In this document: positions 15,000 to 28,400 of the stretch, one piece after another
Numbering within the stretch: position 1 is the first letter of the stretch
Layout of the letters: each line of letters begins with the position of its first letter
DNA from: Cirrosporium novae-zelandiae
Lineage: Eukaryota
Assembly: GCA_026023565.1 (NCBI GenBank)
Contig: JAPETS010000023.1
Location: 434,001 to 498,000 of the forward strand
Direction: 5' to 3'
Length of the DNA stretch: 64,000 nucleotides
Notes under the pieces: generated by a model
Told to the model about the DNA's origin: nothing
The model's database searches: none
What the model saw: only the letters and a program-made list of their open reading frames with translations
Position numbers and translations under genes: made by a program

Positions 15000-16250
15000 T
15001 TATAACTATTAAATATAAAATAAATATTAGCAATAATACATTTTTATATTCAAAAATTTTAGAAATTTTTAATAAACTAATAATAATATTATAAATATTT
15101 TAAAAAATCATTATTCAATAATTAATAATAAACTTTTTTTTTCGAATTATAAAAAAAAATTAATATTATTTTAAGAAATTTCTTTTTTAATCTATATATA
15201 TTCGATTTAATATAAACTTGGATCTATTTCGTATTATTTCTAAAAAAAGTAATAAAAATATTAGTATTATCGAATTAACCGCTATATATAGCGCGGATTT
15301 ACGATTCGTCAAATAGATAATACGAGTTCTGGCTGCTATAGATTTTGTAATAAAAAATAATAAAAAAATATATAAATCTTTTATATTTATTCAGGAAATA
15401 ATAAAACTATCGATTAAAAAAATTATAAAAATATAATTAATAATATTCTATTATATTTTATAATTAATTATAAATTAAACTTTTATTATTTTAATTACGA
15501 TATTAGAACGAAAACCGTATACGAAATATTTAATTAAATTTATAAATATATTTTTCTAAAATACGTTTAAAACGAATGTAGATTATTTCGAATATTTAAA
15601 TAAATATTTTAAATAAATTAAAATTTTTCAGTTTTAGATAATCGTCAATTAAATTTAAAAATTAAATTAATTAAAATAATTCTTTATTTAAATACAAATT
15701 TTTAATAATTTTAATAAAAATAAAAATAATAATATATTTTAAATCAATATCGGCGGTAAATATAAATAATATTTAGAATTATTTAAAAAAAGATTTTTTT
15801 ATTTTAAATATTTGATTTTGCAAAAATTTTTTTGTTTAATAAATACGTTTAATTTTAATAAAAATATTAAAATAATAAATTATAATTTTTAATCCACCAT
15901 TTATCCGCTATAAAATATTAGTTTTTTTTATAAAAGAAATTATCTAATTTTATATATCAGGCGCCCGGGTATTTTTTTTTTATTAAATTTTTTATAACTG
16001 GTTAGACTAAAAAATAAATAAAATATTCCGTTATATTATATTAATTATAATTTCTAATTATTCGAAATTAATTATTAATAAATCTATTTTTCTAAATAAA
16101 TATTATGATAATAATTCAAACAATATCCTACGAACGATTACGAAAAAAATAGAGGGAACTATTATAATTAATTGATTTAGAGATTATTGAATTTTACGAT
16201 CTATTTATAATAAACGAAAAAATAATAGAAATAACTCGGAAAAACTAATC
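15000..16250 (+). pseudogene. RIP-destroyed SAM-dependent O-methyltransferase gene (Methyltransf_2, fungal secondary-metabolite type), copy 1
   Basis: Consensus with 27381-28400 reads ELAAxYSADLRFVKxIxRVLAA (15272-15340, dimerisation helix), IDIGG (15743-15757), FPxxGRLILQDLP, IExMxHDFF, intron acceptor CAG at 15958-15960, GARVFFFHxIFHNWSD, and TPGYSKLIINExILPD. Confidence 0.9.
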
Positions 16251-16999
16251 GGAACTATTATTATAGGATTTTTATTTTTTTTATTATTTATTATTTTTTT
16301 CACGAGATATTTTAAATTTATTCAGTTTTATTTATTCTATTTATATTCGTATTGTTATATCGTATAAATATATATATATTATTCCCTTTTTTATTAATAG
16401 TATTTTTCCGTCCAAAACCTTAATTATTTTATATATTTTTTTATTCGCTATTAATAATAGTATTTTTCGTTAAATATACGTATTTATTTTATTATACGAT
16501 ATTAAAACTTTAGCTATAAAAAATATTATTTCAAAAAATAGTAAATAATATTTTTTTTATGCTCAGAAAATTAATATAATTATTTTTTTATATAATTTTA
16601 TTATTTTCAAATATAAAAATAAAATAATAATAAAATTGATCTACCAAATTATAAATAAAAAATATACGATTATAAATATAATTTTATTTTTAATAATTAT
16701 TTTGTCGAAATATTATATTTATAAATCCAATAATATTATATTTATAAATCTAATAATATTATATACCCAAATTCTATAAAATATTATATATATTTTCTGA
16801 TATTAATTATAGAGATTCAAATGTCAATCAAAAAAATTATTTCGTTATATGGTATATAATAAATATAATATTTATTTTTACGGTATATTTTATCCAAAAT
16901 ATTTTTTATATTTATAAATTTTAAATTATATATTTTATTTTATATTTTATTATAATTCTATTAATATATAACGGTATTTTATTTTTTAATTTTTCGTCG

Positions 17000-18200
17000 T
17001 ATTTTATATTTATTTTTTGTTTTCTAAATATAATTATTCTTGGATTAGAATTATAAATAATTCTTTAAAAAAATTTTAATCCGGTTATAATTATTTTATA
17101 GAATTTTTTATTACGATCAAACCCTATAAATAACAAACGGAAAAACGGACGAAAAATAAATAAATATATATAAATAATTCTAATTATTATTTTAATAATA
17201 TACTAAATATAAATAATAGCAAGAATCTTTTAGAAATTTATCGATCAATTCTAATATTCGATATAATTAAAAAATGAAAATTTATATAATATATTAGTTT
17301 TATTAAATTTAAAAAAAATAATAAAATAATAGATATTAATAAAAATAATATTATATACAGACGTCAATTTATAAAATATATAAATTAAAAATAATTAATA
17401 TATAAACCCCCTAATATAAAAATATAAATCAATAAAATAGGCCTGATTTTGTCTATTTAGACGTTCCAAAAATAATATTCTGGAAATAATAGAATAATTA
17501 TATCCGTAATAATATTCGGGATCCTATTTTTAATAAATAACCCTTTAAAATTGATATAATAATTAAAGAAAACGGATTCTAAATTTTCTAAATAAATATA
17601 TACCGAAAAATACTAATATAAATAATAACGTAAAACCCAATAATATTCAAAATAATTTTTATATTTGTAATCGATAAAATACGACAGTATATTAAAAACG
17701 AAATTAATTTAATTATATCAATAATAATATAATAGATATATTCGTAAATTATCAGAATCTAAATTAAAAATAAATTTTATAAAAAAATTTAATATTAATT
17801 AATTAATTAATAAATATTTAATTCAGTAATATATCGATCTAATTTATAATAAATTATTTTTATAAATTAGTACGTCGAATTAATATAATATATTTTCTAT
17901 TAAAATATATATAAGATTTATAACTATATTTACAAATAAAAAGATTTGTATTTAATTAATATATTGTAAATCTGGAAATAATAAAATTTAATATTTATTA
18001 TCGCGATTACAATTGAACCGTTATCGAAACCGTAAAAAACGGATTTTATATACCGAGCAGTAAATCGTAAAATAACAAAAAATAGAGCGAATATAAAAAT
18101 TACGATTATTAAAATAAATAATTTATTCTGACGTTAATCCCGGTAGATTTCGTTTATATTAAAAATATTGGCTATTAAAAAAAATATTACGAAAATCGAT
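17000..18200 (-). pseudogene. RIP-destroyed PTH11-like membrane protein gene B (single copy in window)
   Basis: Minus strand reads FVILRFTARYxKSxxYGxDD (~18020-18080), GLGRHI-like (~17830-17845), KLxSLLxYCRI, IPNIITDIIILxLP..WNVQMDK..IFxLGG (~17405-17523) and WxIIE..GIICACLPTLRPLFR-like (~17138-17205). Confidence 0.88.
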
Positions 18201-18278
18201 GTTATCGTAAAAATCAGAGAATCTAATAATAATTTAATATTTAAATTTATTTTTAAATTCTATTATTATTTAATATTT

Positions 18279-21200
18279 TGTAACGGCGTGCCAAGTATAT
18301 GCGCTTCGTAGGCGCATAGGCGAGGCTTGGCGCGTGGCCAAACCTTTATATAGGAGAACGCTGCTTAATTTATCAAAACAACGTTCGATTTTTGTATCTA
18401 TAAAAGGAATATTTCGAAAACTATTATTATTTTTTATATTTTATATACGAATAATATATTATATTTATTAATTATATATTTTATTATTTTATTAATTTAT
18501 TATATTATCTGTATTAAACGTTATTTTTATAATAATCGAACGTTAATTCTATTAACGGAAAACCGTTCGGTAAAATAATAAAAAATAATTAAATATTACC
18601 AACAATTATTTTTTATTTTTAAAAAAAATTATAGAATCGATTTCGTTACGACTGTATATCGTAACTAAGATTTAGACGATATTTTTACGTCGAAATAAAA
18701 TATTAGCCCGAGTAATTGAACCGGAATAAACGGAATTATCGATCGTATCCCAAAAATTATTAATTACGTAGCCGGAATCAGCGATTGTATAAAAAATTCG
18801 TAAATTCAGTATAATTTTAGACGAATACCCCCTATCTCAAATAAATAAATATTACGATTTAAATAATATAATTAAATAATTATGAAAAACGTTTTTTGGT
18901 GACCCCGCGCCACCAAATCAATTCACTATTATAACGATCGTTATACGAAGCAATTAACACTTATCTAAGGCCTATAAAACCTAACAACAGTGGGGAAATA
19001 TCGGGGGCTAAAAGAATACGTGCCGTCAGCGAGAACTAAACGAATACGAAAAAACGATAACGCCTAAAAAACGAATTAAACGAATCGGGGTAAAATTTTA
19101 TAATAAAATCTAGCGATTCGGTATTACGATTTTTATTTTAAAAAAAAAACGATTAAACGAAAAAACGTCGTCGAAAAATTTTATAAAAAAAAAAAAATTT
19201 TAAAAAAAAATATATTAATAATTAAAATATTTTAATCGAATAAATAATTAAATATATAATAATACGTATATTTCCCGTAATCGGGGAAAAAATATATCAG
19301 ATTTTAAAAATCGACGATTTTACGATATAATTACGGGAAATATTTTTCGGTTTAAAAACCCGAATAATCGTTTTAAAAAAACGAAATAATAAAATTATAA
19401 AAATTTAAAAAAAAAATTAAAAAAAATTATATACGATTAAATAAAAATTTTTAATAATTAAAAAAATAGTTATAATAATAATTCAAATATTATAAATCCG
19501 GATAAAAATCGCAGAAATTATATATAATAAAACGGAAAATTCTAGAAATAAAAATTATATAATCCTAATAATTAAATCCGAACGAATAATAAAAAAAAAA
19601 AAAATAATATTTTTTTTAATAATATTCCGAACGGATATAATAACCGGATTATAAATATTTAATACGCGAATAATAATATAAACGGATAAAAAAATTTAGA
19701 AAGATTTTTAATAAACGGTAAAAATAATTAAATAAAAAATTCTATTATTAATAGCGAAAACCCCGAAATAAATTTTTATAAAAATAATGCCGGAATTTAC
19801 GGGGTTTATTTATATTAAAATAATTAGTAAAATAATAAACAAATCTAATAAAAAATAATAAATAATTAAACCCCGTAAAAAAGAACACATTGGTTCCGCA
19901 GACGGAGACACAAAAACTGAAAATCAGAAAATACTGATTTTTAATAAAAAAAAAATCAAATATTCGGGTCCTACGGCACTAATAATAACGGCGATCAACG
20001 CTAAATTAATTAATTTGAACGTATTATTTAAATTACGGATACGGGAAATCTATATTAATAAAAAAAACAATTTAAAAACTATATTTAATAAAAAAATTAA
20101 TACGGGTATATTAATATTTAAATATAAATAAAAAATTTTAAAAATCGTAACGAAAATAAATAACGCGATAATAAATATATATTTATTAGAAATTTTATAT
20201 TAAATAAAAATATAAAAAAGATTTTTAAAAATATTTAAAAATTTAAATAAATTAAATTTAATAAAAAAAAATCTAAAAAATATTTATTAATTATTCCGAA
20301 ATATAATAATCGTATAAATAACGCCGGAAAAATATTATTAAAAACGGATACGAACCGGATTTATATTAAAAAAATATATTATTTTAATTAAAATAAAATT
20401 CCCGTTTATAATATACGAAAAATAAAGAATCGAAAATTATTATTTAACGGAATATAAATTTTGATATATCTATTAATTTACGTTAAAAATAAATAAAATA
20501 TATTTAAAATACGTTTAATTAAAATATAAATTATTTTTAAAATATAAAAATAAAATTTTTAAATATACGATATATACGGAAATACACGAAACGTAAAATT
20601 ACTAGTATCGGATAATAAAATATAAATCCGTGTATACGGGGGCTTATATATATATTTTATTAAAATATACAAACTGTCTAGGCCCCTATATAATCACGGA
20701 CGGAAAATATTTAATTACCCGAAAAACAAAAATAAAATATACGAAAAAAAAATACCGAAAAAATATTATATAATCGTTCTATATATTAGTTTTTTTAAAA
20801 AAAAAAACAAATTTAAAAAATTTTAATTAAAAATTAAAAACCCCCGAACTTTAAAAAAAAACGGAGGAAAAAACGTAAATAATATTTAAAATATCGATAA
20901 TACCGAAAATACTGATAATATTCGTACCGTAAATAAATAATAATATATCCGAATTATAAATAAAAATATTATAATATAATTATTATAAAAAATACGATAT
21001 AACAATCGTAATTTTAAAATCGATTATATAAATCGGAACGGATATAATATTATTATAAAAATCTAATTAAAAATTAAAAAAAAAATTATTATATTCGGCG
21101 TAAAATTTTTATTAATCCGAATTAAAAATCTAAATAAAATATAAAATCGTAAAAACGGTTATTATTATACGTAAAAATCGAAAAAATATCGTTTTTAAAA

Positions 21201-24200
21201 TAATCGTAAAAATTAATTTAATTAATTATTTTTATTTTATAACGCTAGATATCAGTATAATAAACGTAAACAAAAAAATAAAAAATTTAATTAAAATAAT
21301 TAATATTTATAATTAAAAATTAAAAAACGTATATTTTTAAAAATAAAATCGATAATAAAAATTTAAAAAAATTTTATAAAATATAAAATAAAAATTTATT
21401 TTTAATAATAATAAAATAATATTAATAAAAAATTTTAATATTTATAATTTAATATAAAAACCTAAATAAATTATTTATATAAACGACGCGTTTTTAATAA
21501 CGTTTATAAAAAAATAAAATTTAATAATATAGAATAATATTATTTAAAATATTTGATTCGGAAAAAAATCGATTTATTATTTAATAATTAATCCCACAAT
21601 AAAACCGTTTTAAAAATAATTAATAAATACGGTAATCGATAATATAAATAATAAATTAAAAATTAATTTAAATTATATTTTTATTTAATTCGAATAAAAG
21701 AATTACCGCCTAAAAATAAATTAATTAATCCCGAATTTATAAAATTTAAAACCGTTAAAAAACCTTTAATAATAAATTAAAATAAAATAAAAATAAAAAT
21801 TCTAATTAATTACGAAAAATATATTAACCGTAAATTATACGGAAACGTAATTAAAAAACGAGATATAAAAAATTATTATTTAATTAAAAATTATTTTAAA
21901 TAAATATATAAAATCTAAATAAATATACGTTTAATCGAAAATTTAATAGAATCCCGAATACGCCGTTAAAAAATACGAATATTATATAACGTTTAAAAAA
22001 ACGAAATAAAAACGCCGGATTTACGAAAAAATTAAAATAATATTTAAAAAATTTATAAAATTAATTAAAATTAAAAAAAAAAATAAATAAATCGATTTTT
22101 TTTAAATATATATAAAAAAAAACGATTTAAATAAATTTTTAAATCCCGAAAATATTTAATAAAAATAAAAAATATTAAAATATTATAAATTTTAAAATCG
22201 AAATCCGATACCGGTATTTCGTATAAAAAACGGAAAAATAACGGTAAAAATTAAAAATAAAAAAATTTTTATACGGAAACGAACGTTTCTATTATTTCTA
22301 AAAAATATTAAATTTCGGTTTTCGATCGGGGGGATATTTATCTAATAATTATCCGAAAAAATAATACGAAAAACGTTAAATATATAAAATATAAATAAAA
22401 TTTTAAAATACGATAATATTTAATTTAAAACGTTATATATATTATAATAATAGAATTTTAATAAAATAATAAAAATAATCCGATATTATTTCCGATTAAA
22501 ATATTATCCGACGTAATAAAAATATATTTAAAAAATATTATTATTTAAATCCGGAAAAACCGATAAAATATTAATTAAAAATTATAAAATAATAAATTTA
22601 TTATATTATTTAAATAAAATAATCGAAAAAATCGTAATTAACGTATTAACGAATATATACGAAAATCTAAATAAATTATATAAAAATTAATTTAAATTAA
22701 AATATAATCGAAATATAATCGATACGTTTATATATTTAATATATTAAATAAAAAAAAATTTAATCGAAAATAAATAATTTATATTTTATTTATAAATATA
22801 AAAAAACGTTTAATTATATATTATAATTTAAATTAATATAATATTTAAAATAATTAAAAATCGATAAAAATATTATTAAATAAATAATCAGTTTTATAAT
22901 TCAATAAAACGTCGAATTAATAATCGACGGAAAAATATAACCCCGAATCAGTATAGAAATAGGGGTACCGTAAAAATTATCCGTATCCCCAATATTATTC
23001 TTAATATATTGCAGCGGGCTATTCGCAGCCGTAAAACAGGCGGTTTTTAGAATTAAAACCCTATTATTCGTAAACAACGTAAATTTTTCGATTATTTATA
23101 TAAATAATAAATAAACCCGGAAAATTATTTAATAAATAACGAAAACGGCGGTTTAATAAAAAAAAAAAAATAAATTAAAATTATAACGTTTTTTAAATTA
23201 CGTAAATATTAAATTTAAATAAATACGAAATTGAAAATTAAAATCGATAATTATTCGATCGAATATAAAAAAAATTATATACGATAATTAAATATATAAT
23301 TAAATCCGAAATTTAATTTTTAAATTTATTACGTTTAACGTTTAATTAAAATTAAACGCGCGGAAAAAATAATTAAATATATATATTATCGAAACGGGCT
23401 ATTTACGGGATTTACGCGCTAAATAATCGTAACGACGATAATATTAATTTATATATACGGATACGAGATCTAATAAAAAAAACAGATCGGATATTAAATA
23501 AAATTTTAAAAATTATTAAATAAATTTATAAAATTAATAACGGAAATTTATAAAATAATTTTAATAATAACGGTTATATAAAAAATCTATATATATTCCG
23601 TAAATATAATATTAAATACCGCGTAAAAAAAATATAGATTTCGATATTTTTAAAAAATCGAAAAAAATTTAACGAATTTAATATTATCGATAATATTTAA
23701 AATAAAAAATATAAACGTTTAATTAAAAAAATAATCGTTAAAAAATTTTTAATAAATTTAAAAAATTAAAAAAAATATATTAAATTAATATTTAATTATA
23801 ACGATAATCTAAAAAATAATAAATCCGAATTTTAAAATCGAAAAAATTTAAATAATTAAAAAAAATAGATTTTTAAAAAAAATAATAATATTTTTAAAAT
23901 AATAGATTTTTAACGAAATATTAATATAAAATTAAAAAAATATATATTAATCGAATAAATTTAAATTAAAAAACCGTAAAATAAAAACGGGAATAATTTA
24001 AAAAATAATCGAAAAATTTTTATAAATAATACGGAAATATTATTTAAATTAAAATAAAAAAATATTCGACGTAAAATTTTAAAAAACGTAAATAATTTTA
24101 TAAATAACGATTAAAACGTATTTAAATAATTATAAAATCCCCGGAAAAAAAATAATAATATTATTTAATTCGCAAACGGCTATTAAATAGATCGAAAAAA

Positions 24201-27200
24201 AAAAATTAAAAAAAAATTAAATAATTATATAAAAAATATACGAATATATTAAATATTTAATCGATTAAAAAACGAAAATTATTATTAAATAAATTCTAAA
24301 ATATTACGGGATATTAAAAAACGAAATAATAAATTAAATAATTAAAATAAACGCGGCGCTAAAAAATAATAAAATAATCGAATAAATTTCGTTAATTTAT
24401 ATAATTTATAATATAATAAAAAAACGGATTATAAAAACGTATAATTAATTATATAATTAAAAAATAAAAAAATCGTTAAATAAATCGTATCGAATATATT
24501 TAAAATATAAAAAAAATCGGGTATTAAAATACGTATTTAAAAAATTGATAAATAAATTTTATTAAATAAAAACGGAATACGCCGTTACCGAAAAATATAT
24601 ATATCGTACGAAAATTATTATTATTCCGGAATATTAATAATACGAAATCCCGTATTAAAACGTTTTTTATTTAATATTAATATATCCGTATTAAAAAACG
24701 GTTAGAATTTAATTACGGGAAATAATAAAAAAATAAAAAAACTAATAATCTAATATAACCGAAAAAAAAAAACTAATATTCGTATTAAAAAATCGAAAAT
24801 TTTTTAAAAATTAAATATATTTTTTAAACGATACGGAAATAAAAAAACCCCAGTCCTAAACCAAATACGAAACGGAAAATCGTGAAACGTATCTGGATTG
24901 GGGATAGATAGAACCCGGACACGGAAAAAAAAAAAACCTAAACATAAATATTAAATAAAAATTAGGTCCGTAATAAATACGTGGGATAAACGTATACGTA
25001 AACAAAAATTGAAAAAATCGAAAATAAATACGAATAAATCTATTTATAGGTTACGAACACCGAAATAACGCTAAAAAACTATCCGGTTAAATAAATCAAA
25101 TAATTCTAAGAAACCCAAAAAAAGGGGGAAATTATATAGCCGAACCAGGGGGGTAACCCCCACCACCTTAGCTAAAAATAAGCCCGAAAAGGGATACGAA
25201 AGGGTCTAAAAACCCCCGAATAGAGTCCGTCATAGCTTCTAAGCGGTATATGGACATAAAACAATGAATAATCATCATCATCATATAAAAAATTCGTACG
25301 GAAAAAATAAATACGCCAGAAATACTAAATATATTATCGGTTTTAAATATAACGCCCGAATAATTAAAACAACGGTATAATAAATTAACCGAGATATTAA
25401 AAATAAAACGTTTTAAAAATAAAATTTTTACGATATAACAGCGTATCGATCGTGGCGACGATATTTAAAATATATGGAACGAAAATATCGTTAGTACGTA
25501 TAAACGTTACCGTTCTACCGATAATATATAGAATACGGTTCGTTTAAATCCGTATAAATCTAAAATACCGCTAACGTACAACGGTAAAAACGAAAAAAAA
25601 CTGTATAATTATATATTAGATTAGCAGATATATTTGAATACGGCCCCGTATCTGAATATTAATACGAAACGCGTGATATACGCAATTACGTTTTTTATTA
25701 AATTAGCTCGTAAAAAATAATATCGTTTCTTTAATAAAGATATAATTTGGGAAAAATATTTATAATAGACTCGTAATATTATTAAAAACCCTACGAATCG
25801 CAGATTAAACGTAATTTTGAGATATAATAAAACGAAACAGTTTCCGAACCAGAATATTAGAAAATTCACCTATTATTTTAAAAAAATCGAAGAAAATATA
25901 TTAATAGATAATCGTAGAAACGATTCAAAAAAAATATCTAATTTAATAATAAAATTAAAACCTAAATTACGTAATAAAATTATACGAAAAAATTATAAAA
26001 TAACGAACAGAAAATATATTATTACAATTATTTAACGATTCGAAAAAATATTAAAAAAAAAAACTATAATCCAAATTAATATTCTAAAAATATCGTATAC
26101 GAAAAATAATCGCAGCGACCGGAAACCGATCCCGAAATTTAAAAAAAAAAAAAATAATAAATTATTTTTATCGTCTAAAAATAATTAGAAGGTTTTTTTT
26201 AAAAAAATATATTTTAATTATTAAAAATAGGGATATTGTATTAAATTTTATAAAATTCCTAAAAAAAAATCAATATCGAAAAAATTAAAAAATTCTTAAA
26301 AAACGTTATAATAGCTTCCGTAACGCTCGATAAAACTTTTAAAAAAGCTAAACGTATTCGAATAATAATTACTACCGTTATCCTACGTTCTAAATAAAAA
26401 ATACGTAAAATAGTAATATTAATTAATACCGGAATTCAAAAAATTTTTATTTCTCAAAAATTTGTTATAGAATAAGAATTTCTTATTATAAATAGAAGAG
26501 TTAAAATTTATATAATTAATAAATATATTATTCTAATTTATAACCAATATTCTATCCGTATTTACGTTATAAATATATAGAATTTAAATAAAAAATATTA
26601 ATAGATTTTTTTAATTATTAATATTCGAGAATACGATATTATTTTAAAATATTTATAATTTAAAAAAATTTTATTTATCTATCGATAGAAACGAAAAAAA
26701 TAATATTATTTAAAATTGATATTAACTGCGTTAATAATTACAGATTTTATAAAAATTACCGCTAAAAAAATAAAAAAAATTAAAATATTAAATTGTAATA
26801 TATACCGTATATATATATTTTATTTCGGATATACGATACGTATGAAAAACGTATAATAATTATTTTAGCGCAGAATTATATACGATCGAAATAATTAATA
26901 TAATTTTTTTTTTAAAATATTTAGAATTCTAAAACGTATTTATAGAAAATATTAATCAAAATTTTCTAATATAAATTAAAATAATATATAAAATCGATAT
27001 TTAAAAAAAAATAAAAATATTATATAAATCGATTTATATATTATCAGCGACTAAATTACGTACGTTACGTTAATATATCGATAACAGTCTAAAAAAAAAC
27101 TGGATTCGGGAATCAAAATTATTAGAAAAGATTTTTATTTTATTTATAAAAAAAAAAATAATAATTTACGTTTATACGTTAATTATAAAAAATTTAATAA

Positions 27201-27381
27201 AATAACGATTAAAAATCGTTATTTATTATTTTTAATTAAAAAAATTATCGATAAACTATCGGGAATAATTATATTTATTAAATTAAATATAAAAAATATA
27301 TATTATCGGATCCGTATAAAACGGGGCGACGAATAAAAAACTGTTTTTCGTACGCGTTATAAATATTTTGAATATTTAATG
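18279..27381 (+). mobile_element. Ty3/Gypsy LTR retrotransposon C, 3'-truncated within RT and interrupted by LINE copy 3
   Basis: Begins TGTAAC at 18279 (LTR-like start). Contains a RIPed gag knuckle CxxC-x4-H-x4-C (~26209-26252), protease LI(D)TG (26419-26433), and RT LRL(C)V(D)Y..KNRY..YYRIRIKRGDE*KTVFRTRY..FEYLM (27166-27381). No second LTR in the window. Confidence 0.85.
18886..25284 (+). mobile_element. LINE copy 3, near full length (~6.4 kb), Tad1/I-type with RNase H
   Basis: After RIP reversal: ORF1 knuckle KCANCLGPH..TDGKCP (20663-20713), APE-like DIxLLQEP (~21040-21065), RT GVPQGSPVSPILFLIY (22962-23009) and FVDD (23067-23078), RNase H VFDAEL, DSQxAI and WIPGHxGIxGNExAD (~23940-24345). 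3' tail AATGAATAAT(CAT)4 ends at 25284. Possible degenerate TSD TATGAAAAAC/TATAAAAAAT. Confidence 0.92.
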
Positions 27382-28400
27382 ATTTATTAATAATTAATTT
27401 CGAATAACCAGGGGTTATAATTAATATAATATAACGGAATATTCTATTTATTTCCTAATCTGACCAGTTATAAAAAATCTAATAAAAAAAAAACACCCGG
27501 GCGTTTAATATATAAAATCAGATAATTTTTTTTATAAAAAGAACTGATATTTTATTTTAAATAAATTATAGATCAAAAAAATTATAATTTATTATTTTAA
27601 TATTTTTATTGAGATTAAACGTGTTTATTATACAAAAAAAATTTTATAGAATTAAACGCCCAAAATAAAAAAATCGTTTTTTAAATAATTCTAAATATTA
27701 TTTATATCTACCGCCGATATCGATTAAAAATATATTATTATTTTTATTTTTATTAAAACCGTTAAAAATTTATATTTAAATAAAAAATTATTCCAACCAA
27801 TTTAATTTTTAGATTTGATTAACGATTATCTAAAACTGGAAAATTTTAATTTGTTCAGGATATTTATTCAAATATTTGAAATAATCCAAATTCGTTTTAA
27901 ACGTATTCCAGAAAAATATATTTATAGGCCCAATTAAATATTTGTATTTATTTAATTCGAAATAATCGGATATTTCGTATACGGTTTTCGCTCTAATATC
28001 GTAATTAAAATAATAAATATTTAGTTTGTAATTAATTGTAAAATATAATAAAATATTATTAATTATATTTTTATAATTTTTTCAATCGATAATTTTATTA
28101 TTTTCTAAATGAATATAAAAAATTTATATATTTTTTTATTATTTTTTATTACAAAATCTATAACAGCTAAAACTCGTATTATTTATTTAATAAATCGTAA
28201 ATCCGCGTTATATATAACGGCTAATTCGATAGTACTAATATTTTTATTATCTTTTTTAGAAATAATACGAAATAGATCTAGATTTATATTAAATCGTTAT
28301 AGAACCGATTTTTTTTATTAAAGCTAAAATATATATTTTATATTTTGAAAAAAATTATAGCTGCTATCGAATAATAAAAAAAATTAATAATAAAATTAAA
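27381..28400 (-). pseudogene. O-methyltransferase pseudogene, copy 2 (C-terminus truncated)
   Basis: Minus strand retains LIDIGG (27710-27727), GRLIL (~27647-27661), NWSD (~27458-27469) and TPGYSKLII (~27389-27415). Confidence 0.88.

Noticed and set aside
25621..26035. Track ORFs of 82 and 72 aa
   Set aside because: They lie in the RIPed gag region of Gypsy C. They are chance stop-free remnants, not functional genes.
28109..28321. 70-aa ORF on + strand
   Set aside because: Antisense to the O-methyltransferase pseudogene copy 2; an I/K/N/F-rich RIP artefact.
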